From: a virus
Lineage: Duplodnaviria > Caudoviricetes
Virus record (IMG/VR): IMGVR_UViG_2786546475_000015
Coordinates: 32,001 to 96,000 of that record
Length of the DNA stretch: 64,000 nucleotides
Strand: one strand, 5' to 3'
Position numbers and translations under genes: made by a program. Shown one piece after another: positions 11,709 to 23,650 of this stretch. Position 1 is the first letter of the stretch. The number at the start of each line of letters is the position of its first letter. The notes under the pieces were generated by a model. That model was not told the origin of the DNA and searched no databases. It saw only the letters and a list, made by a program, of their open reading frames with translations.

Positions 11709-12521
11709 ATGTACTACATTTCAAGCGGCGAACAGACCAAAATGTATACTTTACGTATTAGATACATAGAAGAACTACGCGGTATCGCAATCGAACGCGA
11801 TTACTATATTCGTAACCTATCTACAAACCCCGATAAAGCGTTACAAGTAGCGCGTGATTTAGGTTATGACGTAAGTAAAAAACCAGAATTTACGCTGGAA
11901 GAAATTCGTCGCCAAAAATCAGAAGAACAAGCTAAACGCTATGAAGAACAGCGTATAGCAGAAGAACGCGAGCGGGTTTTAAAAGAAAACCGTATGATCG
12001 ACGATATCAAAAATTATCGTTTTCCATTCGGTAAGTATAAAAATCAGAATTTTGCGTCAGTACCAGAAGATTATATTCAATATTGGTTGAGCGTGGAATT
12101 GGGAGAACATGATACTGTTTTACACGCGTTGGTAAGCGTATTGGCTTCATTATTTCCTGAAATTGTCGAACGTATTAAGCGCTCTAGTGGTAATGGCGAA
12201 TATTTTGGCGAAATCAAAAAGCGTTATCAAAACCTGAAAGGTGAAATCGTTAAAGTCACTGGTTTTGATGGTTTTTATGGTTGGAGTAATGTTTATAACA
12301 TCATCCTAGAAAATGGTGAATTAGCGGTTTACATGGGTTCTGCTTATATTGGTTATGATGACAACGGTTTTGTTCCCGCTAAAGTGGGCGATAAAATCAA
12401 ATTCGCTGGTACTGTAAAAAATCATAGCGAGTATGACGGTAAAGCACAAACCAAATTAGCCCGTTTGACCATTAAAGAAATGAATGGTGTTAAAATTAAG
12501 AAAGGTGAAAGGGTTGATTGA
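11709..12521 (+). CDS. Hypothetical protein with an FGKY (DUF3820-like) motif and a likely C-terminal OB fold
   Basis: FPFGKYKNQNFASVPEDYIQYW; the C-terminal GDKIKFAGTVKNHSEYDGKAQTKLAR is OB-like. Confidence 0.6.
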   Translation: MYYISSGEQTKMYTLRIRYIEELRGIAIERDYYIRNLSTNPDKALQVARDLGYDVSKKPEFTLEEIRRQKSEEQAKRYEEQRIAEERERVLKENRMIDDIKNYRFPFGKYKNQNFASVPEDYIQYWLSVELGEHDTVLHALVSVLASLFPEIVERIKRSSGNGEYFGEIKKRYQNLKGEIVKVTGFDGFYGWSNVYNIILENGELAVYMGSAYIGYDDNGFVPAKVGDKIKFAGTVKNHSEYDGKAQTKLARLTIKEMNGVKIKKGERVD

Positions 12522-13452
12522 TTATTACATATATTTCGTTTTATCGTTGTGGGCTATCATTTTAGCCCACGTACCATTTAAAAATGGTCGTAAACGTTTG
12601 TGTATCGAATCGTGGGGAGATTTCTTCACTTCATTGATAGTAGCGATTGTTCCGTTCTTAAATGTGCTTATATTCGGTTCTATCGCGTTTTATAGGAATA
12701 AGATTTATGATTAATATGACTACAATAGGTAGTATCGGTTATTTAATAACCATAGCACTGATTTATCGTATGGTATTTGTACTACCAAAGAATTGTTTAG
12801 ATTACGAAATTAGTAAATCGGATAAGTGGATAGCTATTGCGTTTATGGCATTCTTTATGTTATGCTTTATCTTGTGTTGGGTATCTTATGTGTTAGCGGG
12901 TAATTATGAAATTTGTTAAACAATATTGGATGGTATGATTGTTAGAAGTGAGGGGTAAAAATGAATACAGTAGAAGTCGGATCTATTATTTTAATTAATT
13001 TAGCAGAATTTAAAGTTGTTGGTGTTCAATCGCCACGTAGTTTAGAAATCGTATCGACTGAACCAGTACCAGAAGGATTTAAACCTAAAGTACAATACAT
13101 CGATGTAAACCAAATCGATAAAGTCGTTAAGTGAGTCAGCGTTTTACGAGGTAATCGATTTCGCCAATCAAAAATAGTAGCAGAAGGTAACACAAATGAA
13201 ACATTGGATTAGTGTTTGTAAAAATGTAATCGCGTCAAATAATAAACGCGGTTGGAAAGATCCACAACCATCTATTCGTGTAGCAACCGCGAAATATGGT
13301 AAAGTAGTAACGCGTAGTAATCGTGTTGGTATCACCGACAAAGACGGTAATGTTGTTGCTGAAATCGTGGCTACCACAGATGGTGAACCTGTTATTGGTT
13401 GTGGCGCGAAAGTTGGATTAATCACAGAATTTGAAACAGTGGATTTAGAATC

Positions 13453-13860
13453 ATGAAAAAAGAACAAGTAGATGAAATGAGTTTAAGTGAAGCAGTTAAT
13501 TACGCTTTGAGTAAAATTATTGAACAGGGTAAACCTTGTAAAAACAACGGTTATTGTGCTTACGGTTATGATGGTAATCATTGTGCTATTGGTTGGTTAT
13601 TAGATGAAGATGACGATGCATTGATGGGTTATAATGGTAGTCTTAATTATCTAATTATCGATTACGGTGATAAAGTTCCAGATTTGATAAAGGATAATAC
13701 CTGTATCTTTGAACCGTTACAAAAAATTCACGATGTATCAAATAAAGAAATATTTAATACAAAACTTTATGAATTGAATGCTTACGCCGTTGATATCGAC
13801 CAAGATTTATTAGACAAGTGGATCGCTATCAAAGAAAATGAAATTAAAACAGTGGATTAA
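13453..13860 (+). CDS. Hypothetical protein, tandem paralog 1
   Basis: MKKEQVDEMSLSEAVNYAL.KIIEQGKPC...CAY...HCAIGWLL...LQ.IHD. Confidence 0.8.
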   Translation: MKKEQVDEMSLSEAVNYALSKIIEQGKPCKNNGYCAYGYDGNHCAIGWLLDEDDDALMGYNGSLNYLIIDYGDKVPDLIKDNTCIFEPLQKIHDVSNKEIFNTKLYELNAYAVDIDQDLLDKWIAIKENEIKTVD

Positions 13861-13865
13861 GAATC

Positions 13866-14267
13866 ATGAAAAAAGAACAAGTTGATCAAATGAGTTTAAC
13901 CGAAGCCGTAAACTACGCTTTGGGTAAAATTATCGAGCAAGGTAAACCGTGTAGAAATCCTGATAATGGTTATTGTGCTTATAGTGACGGAAATGGAAAC
14001 CATTGTGTCGTTGGTTGGTTATTAGATCATGAAAATGAAGAATTGATGAAATGGGATGGTGGAGTATCATCTTTATCAGAAACGTACAAAGAACGTCTAC
14101 CAAAATTAATTATTGATAATGTCGAATTGTTTTACCACTTACAGGGATTGCATGATTATGATAGTCTTGCGAAGGTGGATTTTGATATCGATGTTATTAA
14201 AAATTGTGTCGATATCAATGAAGAATTATTAAACAAGTGGTTAGCTATCAAAGAAAGGAATTGGTAA
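13866..14267 (+). CDS. Hypothetical protein, tandem paralog 2
   Basis: Near-identical N-terminus and the same Cys/His pattern as 13453-13860. Confidence 0.8.
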   Translation: MKKEQVDQMSLTEAVNYALGKIIEQGKPCRNPDNGYCAYSDGNGNHCVVGWLLDHENEELMKWDGGVSSLSETYKERLPKLIIDNVELFYHLQGLHDYDSLAKVDFDIDVIKNCVDINEELLNKWLAIKERNW

Positions 14268-14412
14268 TGAAGGATAATATTAGTGTATCTATATCGGGTG
14301 ATGTAATCATTATCCAAATCGTTAGAGACGGTGAAGTTATGCAATATACTATGAACGTTCACGAAGCCGTTTCATTTCGTAATATTCTGACTAGGGTTAT
14401 CGAGGAAGCGTA

Positions 14413-17400
14413 ATGAGTGAGTTAGAAAATTTAAGACAACGACTACGCGATTTGATTCATTCGCAATGCAATACACGTGGTTGTAAAGATTGTCCATATA
14501 AGTTTGAAATTGACGGTATCGGTGGTGAATGTAGTGCTACTGATCTAGAAAGTAAAATCATGGATATCGAAATGAAGGATATGACGAATGGGTAGAATTT
14601 GTGATAGATGCGAAAATATAATCGATTGGGAAGATGAACGTCGATTAGGACGTGGTAATTGTAGTTGCACTCCACATGATGTACACTACCTAGAATACAT
14701 TTTCACTTTATACGCTAGATCAGAAAAAGAAGCGATCGAAACATTCAGATACTTTCTTAATCGTTGTTCGCGAACTAAAGACGAAGTATCGATAGCAAAT
14801 TTTGCTTGTGGTAGCGAACATGATAATGTGATAAAAAGTGAAAAATACGTACCCGATATTTCTTATATTAAAGAAAGGGCGGTAGAGGGTGAATCATGGA
14901 AAGTGCGACTCAATGAGGAATTTGTGTGAACAGCGTAGAACATTTATTCGATAAACGAATAGTACAACAAAAAGATCAGATTATTCAGAAACAAGAAGAA
15001 TTGATCGAATCGTTACAAACGTCTATCAAACAACGCGACGAAAGGATGAAATATGTTGTTGACATCATCGACGATATATTAGAATGCGAACCACATGTGG
15101 CTAGATTATTTTTATCAGATTTGAGTGTTAAGTTGAAATCATGAAAGAAGAACAAATAAAACATGAACTTTTTAAATTTGTTGATTGGGTTATCGATAAT
15201 AAAGATCCAAATCAACTAATGGAAGCCTATGATGTTTATGTCTTAGAGGAATTAAATCATGAAGAAAATCAATAAAGCCGAAGCTAGAGAATGGCGCGAA
15301 CAGCAAAAGTATATCGAACAATGTGGTAAAGACCTTGAACGTCAAAAACTATTACTGTATAGTGCTGGCGTAAAACGTAAGTGTGGCTATCCATGTGCGG
15401 ATATTATTCGTAGGTTAGGTCATGCCAATGTAGCGGATAAAATCAGTAAAGCGTATTCGTTGTTAGAAGATGCATTTGAACAGTTTGAGAGGGAAACGAA
15501 ATGAACAACGATCTAGTAATTAATCAAGGCGCGTTTAACTTAGGCTTACAAGCCCTTCGTCGCGCTGGTAAAGATGAAATCGCGGAACAATTAGAATCTG
15601 ATTGTGAATGTATCCCCGATGAAATCAAGCGATTAAACGAAAAACTTGAGTTAGTTAAAAAAGAGATTAGATATGCTATCGCTCATGCTAAAGCGTTGTT
15701 ATCATTCACAGATCATGGTGGTCGTAATGGGTAAGATTAAAGAAATTATCATGCATTGGCGTATGGGTCAAATTCGTGACATTTATCGTGATGGTGTAGA
15801 AACAGCTAAAAAGCATGAATGCGCCGTACGATTCGAATTTAATGGTGTAGAAATCGTTGTAGACCAAACTTGTAATTTAGAATTAAGTCAAGATGATTGG
15901 TCGGAGATTTATAACGCAGTCGGTAAGGAAAAAATACTACATTTATGTTAGAGTCGAATCAATACAAATTCTTAACTGATGTAAATAACGAGCGTGGTTG
16001 TTGTGAATCATGTCCAAATCGTTCGTCAGAAGCTAGTGAGTACGCTCAAAACACTGGATGCTTACCAACGCCTTTCGATATCATAAAAGGCGTCGAGAAT
16101 GGCGATACGTGGGAATGTCATTCACGCGAAAATAAAGTTTGCGCTTGCGCTAATAATTATGCTACTATGTTCAATATCGAGATTGGCGACAAACCCACAT
16201 GCGGTTTAGGTCATGGTACACTAAATGGAGAAGAATATTAATGAATAAACAAAATAAACCCGATTGGAACGAAGTTATTGGTGATTGGTTGTGTCAAAAT
16301 CCTGATGGTCAATGGGTTAGTTTTTACCAAAAACCACAACCAGATAAAATTCGTGATATGGGTAATAGCGATATCCATTATTGGTCTGCTGATCGCGGTC
16401 ACGCCAATACATATAGTTTTGGTGAAGTTATTGGTGATTGGAAAGAAACATTAGAAAAACGTCCTAGTCAAGAAGAAAACTCAAAAGAGTCGGAAAAATA
16501 TTTCGAAGTAGTGACACAATACACTATGCGCGGGAAAGATGGTAAACAAGTAGAAATTGTTGTTATCAATACTAACGACATAACACAACAAGAAGAATTA
16601 AATCGATTCGAGCGTGTTATTGAATCCAAATTAGGCGTTCCAACTCTTGTAGTTAACATTGGTGAATAATTATGAATAAACAAATTTTAAATTATATTAT
16701 TTGTGTGATCATCTGGTTCGCTTTTGGGTTAGTCGTATCGCTGTCAATTGCTCAAAATTGGGATATAGTTTATACCAATGAAATCAAAACTATCGAACGA
16801 GCGGAAAACGCTTGCAAAAAACATGAATCCGTTCCGTATACCTACGATTGGAAAGGTAATGTTAAGTGTGAGAACGGCATTTCATTTAACGTACAGGATT
16901 GGTGATGAAAAATTATAAACTAGGAAATTGGTTGCGTGGTGGGTTTTCGCGTCACTTTAAATCTAAAGAAGAAGCTTGGAAAGTATTAGGTAGTAGATAC
17001 CTTCTTTCATTTCCGTGTGAAACTATTATTGATGGTGAATGGAAAGAAAACCCTAAAGGTGGTAGAATGGTTAATTTATATGTCGAAGAAGAAAACCAAT
17101 ACGGTATTACACAATGGTTGGTGTGTAAAAGTGATTATTTTAATATGAATGAACGTGTTGATATAGATTCGTATAAATTTCATACACATTCACCGACTGA
17201 TTTCTACTCATAACGGAGAAAAAATTGATTAAAATTATTTATGCTATCGTATCCCTTAACATTATTTTTCTATCGGTTAGTGGTGAAAGGGAGTTTAAAC
17301 TAGCTATGTTATGTTATTTCATCGGGATCATCGGTGGTATGCTATTACGAGGTAAAAATGGTGAAGTTTAAACCAGACGCGAATAAAACAACGGTTAACG

Positions 17401-17669
17401 GTATCAAGCGTCAAGTCGTTTGTGCCGCTAACAAATATCCTTGCGGTACTATTGTGTTGGGTGTACGTCATTTTTGTCCTTTAATGCGTCAGAACATTAA
17501 AGCCCACGGAATCAAGCCAACACAAATGGATATGATTCAAGGCTTTGTAGACCAATGGGGTAATTTCATGGATCGTGAAGAAGCGTTAGCGGTAGTCAAA
17601 GCCAATGGTCGGTTCATGCGTGATACTGGTTTCCATTCTAGGGAATTATTCACGGAGAATTGTTACTAA
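14413..17669 (+). other. Run of about 12 small hypothetical ORFs, several Cys-rich
   Basis: Packed co-directional ORFs. 17358-17669 (VVCAAN..GVRH..QGFVDQWGNFMDREEA) resembles a widespread uncharacterised phage family. Confidence 0.55.
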
Positions 17670-17785
17670 TGATTTTTATTCAGTTATTTTTAATCGTTTT
17701 TGGTGTGTGGTTTAATTATACTAGCTACCATAAAGAAGATGCTATATTCGGTATTGTAGTTGCCGCTATTGGTGGTGTATGGTTC

Positions 17786-17814
17786 TTGATTGATTTAGTA
17801 TGGTCTGCTATAAT
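17786..17814 (+). promoter_or_regulatory. Sigma70-type promoter with extended -10
   Basis: TTGATT-N17-TATAAT with TGc directly before the -10 box. Confidence 0.55.
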
Positions 17815-17844
17815 CGGCGGTTGGTTAAATTAAAGGAATTACTG

Positions 17845-18024
17845 ATGACTCCAATTAAAGACAAGGGAATTGCGGTCGAAGATCGCGAAATTCTAGAATC
17901 CATAGAATTTCAAACACCAAAAACAGTCGTCAAAGGCGATGTAGAAAAACGCAAAAATAAAACGCGTAATATTCCATGTCCGATTTGCGGTAGTGGTAAG
18001 AAATTCAAAAAATGTTGTTGGTGA
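17845..18024 (+). CDS. Small SEC-C motif (SecA C-terminal Zn-binding) protein
   Basis: RNIPCPICGSGKKFKKCC at the C-terminus; RBS aagga before ATG 17845. Confidence 0.8.
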   Translation: MTPIKDKGIAVEDREILESIEFQTPKTVVKGDVEKRKNKTRNIPCPICGSGKKFKKCCW

Positions 18025-19497
18025 TATTATGAAACAATTATTATGTAAAGAAAGTATTTTAAAAAATAGTATTGTAGTTAACGTCGGTAAATTAACGAAT
18101 TTAGATAAATCACGTATCAACCGTTATCTTAAAGATATCACTGGTGATTTATATGGTATTGGCGATAATGTTAATAATGTAGAATATATGTGTTATGCAA
18201 ACGGATCTTTATGTGGATATCCGTATGGTACTCCGTTAGCCGAAGATACACCACTAGTTTCTTATTATGATTTTATTCAATACATGAAACATGGTCTTAA
18301 AGGTCAATTAGAAGATGGTATGCGTGTTTTGACCGAAGATGGTACTAAGCTTTGGAAATGCGGTAGCTTTTTTACAAACGGTCATATGAAATTAGATATC
18401 GCTGATTACCATATTAATTTAAAACACTCTTTTTCGTACTTAAATATCGTCAAAATTTTTGCCGCAAATGATTTTAGTGGTGACACTATTTACGAGCGAC
18501 CAGAAAAGGTCAAAGTAACACTAGACGAAATCGCCCATTGGAAAGGTGTCAGTAAAGATCGAATCGAAATCGAGGGTTTATCATGATTTTTGAAAAATAT
18601 ATAGAAGTGATGACTAAACGTGCAGTTGAGTTGGCTAAAATTATCTATATCACTCAAGTAGAACTTGGTGAACAAGTAGAATTGGATGAACTTATTCCAG
18701 TTTTCCATAAATTGGATATAGACAACATGTTCTTTTATATTGAGTTTCGTGATAAGCGATATGTTCATTCTGATGAAATTGGTATATCGGTTGACTTGGT
18801 AGTAGAAGAAGAATCGTTTAATAAAGCAATTTCAGAATTTTGGAAAGACCACAAATCAACCGTAGAACGTTTAGCAAAAGAACGTGAAGAACAATCACGT
18901 GAACTTAAAGAAAATAAAGAACGTAAAGAACGCGCTGAATACGAACGATTGAAAAAGAAATTTGGGGGTTAATTATGACATTATTAATTGCATGTTTACT
19001 TATCCATATGATGGGATTATCGCCTTGGTTTTATGCACTAGCGGCTTTAATATGGATTATTCATATAGTTTATCATGGTGATGAATCATGAGTAAACCGA
19101 AACCAGTTAAGACATTTGCTATTCGTCATAAAGAAACAGGCGAATATTTTTTAGCGGATAGTGGCAAAAATGCATGGCGTAGTATTGGTGCGGCTAAGAA
19201 CGCATTCGCTTATCATGGTGCTAGTAGGTATTACAGATCCGACGAAAAAGTTATAGATATTTGCAAGCGTTTAAAAGTCAAACCAATTAAGAAACTCAAT
19301 GCTTATAACGAATACGAGTATCGTGTACCATATTTCGATGAACAAGATGTGTGGGAAATCGTTGAATTATCCGCTAAGGTAGAAGATTGTGGTAAACGAC
19401 TAAAACAAGCTGAAAAGCTTTTACAAAGCATTTATGACTACGGTTACTACGAAGAAAAACGAATGGAAGTAGAAAATTTCCTATTTAATGAAAAATA

Positions 19498-19561
19498 AGG
19501 CTTGCAACGCGCAAGTCTTTTTGCTAACATGTACTTGTCATTAATTAAAGGAGATATTATG
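19498..19561 (+). promoter_or_regulatory. Fused terminator-promoter-RBS cassette, copy E (divergent)
   Basis: Hairpin aaggcttgc/gcaagtctt plus T-run; TTGCAA 19502, 17 bp, TGc-TAACAT 19525; AAGGAG; ATG 19559. Confidence 0.75.
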
Positions 19562-19978
19562 AAAACCAAGAATGTACGTATTCGACTTAAAGATATTCGT
19601 AAAGGTAAAACTGTTTACATCGCGCACCCAAAGTTTGGTGTTGTTCGTGCTATTATCAATTCTAAACCGTTTATGAATCGGGATATTGGGCTGTTTGTAC
19701 ACGTCCTAGAAGAAAACGAATATTTTGAGGGTGGTTATTACGAAACTACCAAAAGCCTTTCTGATATGGGTGTTTACAACGTTTATAATTATCGACGTAC
19801 ATTCCATAATCACGAACAAGCCGAGCGTTATGTAGATCGATATGTAAATGATAAAGGATTCCTTGAACATTGGGAGCGTCATTTAAAATCAGTAGACCGA
19901 ACTTTCAGTAATTGGAACGATATTTACGCACCAGTTGATGATGACGATTTAGTTGATATGGACGATTATCATGCTTAA
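19559..19978 (+). CDS. Early hypothetical protein
   Basis: Strong RBS, first gene after cassette E. Confidence 0.7.
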   Translation: MKTKNVRIRLKDIRKGKTVYIAHPKFGVVRAIINSKPFMNRDIGLFVHVLEENEYFEGGYYETTKSLSDMGVYNVYNYRRTFHNHEQAERYVDRYVNDKGFLEHWERHLKSVDRTFSNWNDIYAPVDDDDLVDMDDYHA

Positions 19979-20193
19979 TTTGATATTAGCTTTACTTTGG
20001 ATGTTTCTTTACGGCATATCTGTAATAGTGTTAGTATATAAAGTAGTCTACCCGATCTTAGACCGTTTTGATATCGAAGGTTGCACATACGCGCTAATTG
20101 CTATCGGGTGTTTATTTTTGTACTTCATATTCACCGTGGATTGGTTTTTCAAAATTTTTGTGGACATATTGAAAATGGGATTAAGTAGTTGAA

Positions 20194-20646
20194 ATGAGTA
20201 ATTTTTCAGAAAAGTTTATTAACAACATTAAAGAAAGTCTTACCGAAATGGATAGTTCTTGCGAACATGTCGATTTCGGTAATGTGTTAGAGTATATCAA
20301 ATCACTAGAAGCTGATGTTGAATACTGGAAATCGAAAGCTATGAAGCCGACCACCATGTATGATCGTGTCGTTGATGTTTCTCGAAAAGTAAATCCACGA
20401 ATGTGTAGCTATGTTATGCTAAAAGTCATGGAAGAAGTTGGCGAATTAGCGGAAGAAGTTAATATCAATAGTGGATTTATCAACAAACCAGTAGGTAAAG
20501 ATGGTGTTTTAGGTGAAGCTATCGACGTAATCGTTACTGTAATGGATATCATTTATTTGACTAATCCAGATATTACTAACGACGAACTGACAACTATTTT
20601 AGATAAGAAATTATCTAAATGGTACAATAATTGTAAACAAGTTTAA
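20194..20646 (+). CDS. MazG-like NTP pyrophosphohydrolase
   Basis: KVMEEVGELAEEV...GEAIDVIV...KKLSKW (EExGE...E..D motif). Confidence 0.85.
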   Translation: MSNFSEKFINNIKESLTEMDSSCEHVDFGNVLEYIKSLEADVEYWKSKAMKPTTMYDRVVDVSRKVNPRMCSYVMLKVMEEVGELAEEVNINSGFINKPVGKDGVLGEAIDVIVTVMDIIYLTNPDITNDELTTILDKKLSKWYNNCKQV

Positions 20647-20655
20647 GGATTTATA

Positions 20656-21201
20656 ATGAATAAAGCAGAAATTAGAAAATTGTTGTATAAAGTAATCGAA
20701 CACGTATTATGTTTAGATTTACTAGACAGCCTACCAGTACCAAACCAGAGTTTCGATACATACATGGATAGTTTAGATCAAGTTGAATTTGTTATGGCTG
20801 TCGAAGAAGAATTTGCATTAGAAATTCCAGATTTCGATGCCGAACGTATTAATAACATTGACCAAGCCGTAGAATATATCGACAAACATTTAAACGGTTC
20901 GTCGGAAAAATCGGAAGAATTGATTGATGACTTTCTTACATCACGCCAAAAAGAAGCTATTAAAGCACTTATTGATGAACGTGATTACCAAGAAAGTGTA
21001 TGGTGCGAGTTAAGCCTACCAAAACAACACTTGAATACGCCTAGTCATTGGTTAATTTATATCCAACGCTATCTGAATAAAGCGATTATGGATGAAAATA
21101 ACCAAGGCGATTTTTGTACTATGGACAACATTCGTAAAATCGGTGCTATGTGTATGGCGGCGATGGAACAGAATGAAATTGTGGAGCGTCAAAGTGATTG
21201 A
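20656..21201 (+). CDS. Acyl carrier protein fused to a degenerate MazG-fold helical domain
   Basis: N-terminal DSLDQVEFVMAVEEEFALEIPDFDAERINNIDQAVEYID closely matches bacterial AcpP, including the phosphopantetheine Ser. C-terminal ER.YQ..W...H...W..YI...IRKIGA..MAAME. Confidence 0.8.
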   Translation: MNKAEIRKLLYKVIEHVLCLDLLDSLPVPNQSFDTYMDSLDQVEFVMAVEEEFALEIPDFDAERINNIDQAVEYIDKHLNGSSEKSEELIDDFLTSRQKEAIKALIDERDYQESVWCELSLPKQHLNTPSHWLIYIQRYLNKAIMDENNQGDFCTMDNIRKIGAMCMAAMEQNEIVERQSD

Positions 21202-21784
21202 GTTTGATCAGTACGTAGTTATGAGTAAAGATCGCAAATGGATTGCTTGTGGTACACCACGTAATCGAGAATTGCGGTTAATTGAAGATTTAGGTAATAT
21301 CCGTATTCTTACTTACAAAAGTAAAGGTGTAGCGGAAAGTGGTTTTAAAAAACATTGGTTTAGTACGTATAACCATAATCGCGGTGAGAACGGTCATATC
21401 GAACCACCAAAAGAAAATGATTTAGAAGCTGTTAAAATGAAAGTAACGTATAATGAGGTAGAGTGATGAATGCATTTGAAAGAAGTTTATTCCATGAAAT
21501 GGTTAGTGAATATAACATTAAGCGAACATTACACGAAAAAGGTGATCGTGTAGAAAAGATGATTCGTTTAGTAGTAGAATCATCCGATAAACAAGAAGAT
21601 AAAGAACAATATTTTCGCGAGATCATTAAATCGGCTGGAGAACAATTCGGTCTTGATGTTGTTATAAAAACAATGCTTACCGAAAAAGGAACAGAAATAG
21701 GGTGGGTTATTTCTAGTGGTGATCTTAATTTAAATCGCGAAACGACATGGTATATGATTTAAATCAATAATTGAAAGGTATAGT

Positions 21785-22177
21785 ATGAATAATTTTATTA
21801 AAGTAATTATGTTAGTATTAAGTGTATTTGTTTTGAACGCGTGTACGGATGCGCGTATTGCGTCAAGCAACATTAGTAAAGCGTCCGATTATTTTGAAGT
21901 AGACCGTCGAGTTGTTTTCTACAACGGTATTACTGGTGAATACATGTTAGTTATTCGCGGTAAATGTTCTGTCGAACCATTAAAGGATAAATTAGAGGTT
22001 ACGTGTAAGACGGGTGACGAAAAATATAAAAAGCATTACTTAGGCTTGTCCGATAACGTAACATATTTTGTAGAGCAATTAGAATCAATTGGTGTAAACG
22101 TTTATCAATACCGTGTAGTATTTAAACCAGAAGCGGTCATTCCAGATATGGAGGTTGTCACCAGTGATCAACCTTAA
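21785..22177 (+). CDS. Phage lipoprotein
   Basis: Signal peptide with lipobox LNA-C, then a beta-rich domain (RRVVFYNGITGEY...YKKHYLGLSDNVTYFVEQ). Confidence 0.75.
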   Translation: MNNFIKVIMLVLSVFVLNACTDARIASSNISKASDYFEVDRRVVFYNGITGEYMLVIRGKCSVEPLKDKLEVTCKTGDEKYKKHYLGLSDNVTYFVEQLESIGVNVYQYRVVFKPEAVIPDMEVVTSDQP

Positions 22178-22725
22178 AATTGAATTAGACGGAGTTAAAC
22201 ACTCCGTCCGACATTTACTAGAAACTCATAATAGTGAAATGAGTAAAATGATCCAAGAAGAAATTGAGCGTCAGATTACACAGGATTGGGTTAAACACCG
22301 TATTCGACAAAGTGTGACTGATTGTATCAATAAATCAATTGATAGTCTTGCAGACAATCACAGGCTTCGTGAAGCACTAAAAACAGTCATGATCGACCAA
22401 TTATTAAAGGATTCTTAATGTATTATAGATTCATTTTGGAACAATTAGTAGCAAACAATAAATTAACGCTATCTGATATATGCGATATAGTTAATAAGTT
22501 TTTAACGGGTATAGACATTGATACTGATGATATCGAAAATTTCTTTACTGTCCTTAATAAAGTTTTTGATATTCCTATTAAGGTAGAGTTAAGTCAAAAA
22601 TCTGAGTATAGATTTGATAATTCAAATAGTAATCAGATTATCGAACCAATCAACTATCTTAAAGTACAGATCGATAATGGTGTACTAACATATCAAGAAA
22701 CGGAACAGGGGTTGCAATTAATATC

Positions 22726-22998
22726 ATGACAAATGAAAACCTATACGATTCAACATTCGATCTAATCACTAATGACAATGCCGATTCGAAAATAATGAAT
22801 ATGAAATCTAATATGATTTTAGAGATTAGAGAAGTCACATCTGGAAAATATACTCAAAAAGATTTAGCTAATAAGCTAGGTGTAACACAACCACGTGTAA
22901 GTAAATTACTAAACGGTCATTTATACGATTTTTCGTTACAAGAATTGATTAAGTATTTAATCAAATTAGACGTTACCGTAGAAATTTTTGTAGATTAA
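22726..22998 (+). CDS. XRE-family HTH protein (HigA-like)
   Basis: YTQKDLANKLGVTQPRVSKLLNG...FSLQELI.YL..L...VEI. Confidence 0.85.
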   Translation: MTNENLYDSTFDLITNDNADSKIMNMKSNMILEIREVTSGKYTQKDLANKLGVTQPRVSKLLNGHLYDFSLQELIKYLIKLDVTVEIFVD

Positions 22999-23074
22999 TT
23001 TTCAGAAGCCCTTGCGTAAGCAGGGGCTTTTTGCTATCATGGGTTTGTTGAATTGATTTAAGGAGATTTTATGA
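22994..23074 (+). promoter_or_regulatory. Fused terminator-promoter-RBS cassette, copy B
   Basis: aagcccttgc-gtaa-gcaggggctt plus T-run; TTGCGT 23012, 17 bp, TATCAT 23035; AAGGAG; ATG 23071. 76/81 nt identical to 55010-55090. Confidence 0.9.
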
Positions 23075-23650
23075 ATAAGCGCGAACGCCTTGAACAGATT
23101 AAAAAATATGGTATTGACGCGGGCGAAGCGTTAATGTTAAGTTCAGAAGAAGAAATCAACGATTGGATTGATCGTGGTTTAATTGACGAAGATTTTCATT
23201 ATTGGTGGTCGAACGCTCAAGAAGAACTTCGTTGTATGATGGCTGAATTCATTTAAGGAGATAATTATGAAATTAGGTACTGAAACTGGTTCTTTAGTTA
23301 ACCACTTATATTCGCGAATTGAAAAAATCAAACCAGAAATTGGTATGGGCGCGACTATTTTGGGTTGGACAGATCGTAGTCCAGCAACAGTAATCGAAAC
23401 GTTTACTAAAGGTAAGTACGATTATATCGTTGTCCAAGAAGATAGCGCCAAACGCGTTGATAACAACGGTATGAGCGAAAACCAAGAATATGAGTACACA
23501 CGTAATCCCGAAGGTTGTACGTACACATTCCGTGTTATCAAAGACGGATTTCAAGAAGTCTACAAAGCCGAAAGCGGTCGATACAATAAACTAGACGGTA
23601 AAGGTTTATTGCTTGGTACACGCGAAAAATATTACGATTTCTCATTCTAA
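23071..23650 (+). other. Two early hypothetical ORFs (23071-23256 acidic; 23267-23650)
   Basis: Joined by a TAAGGAGAT stop/RBS junction. Confidence 0.7.
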
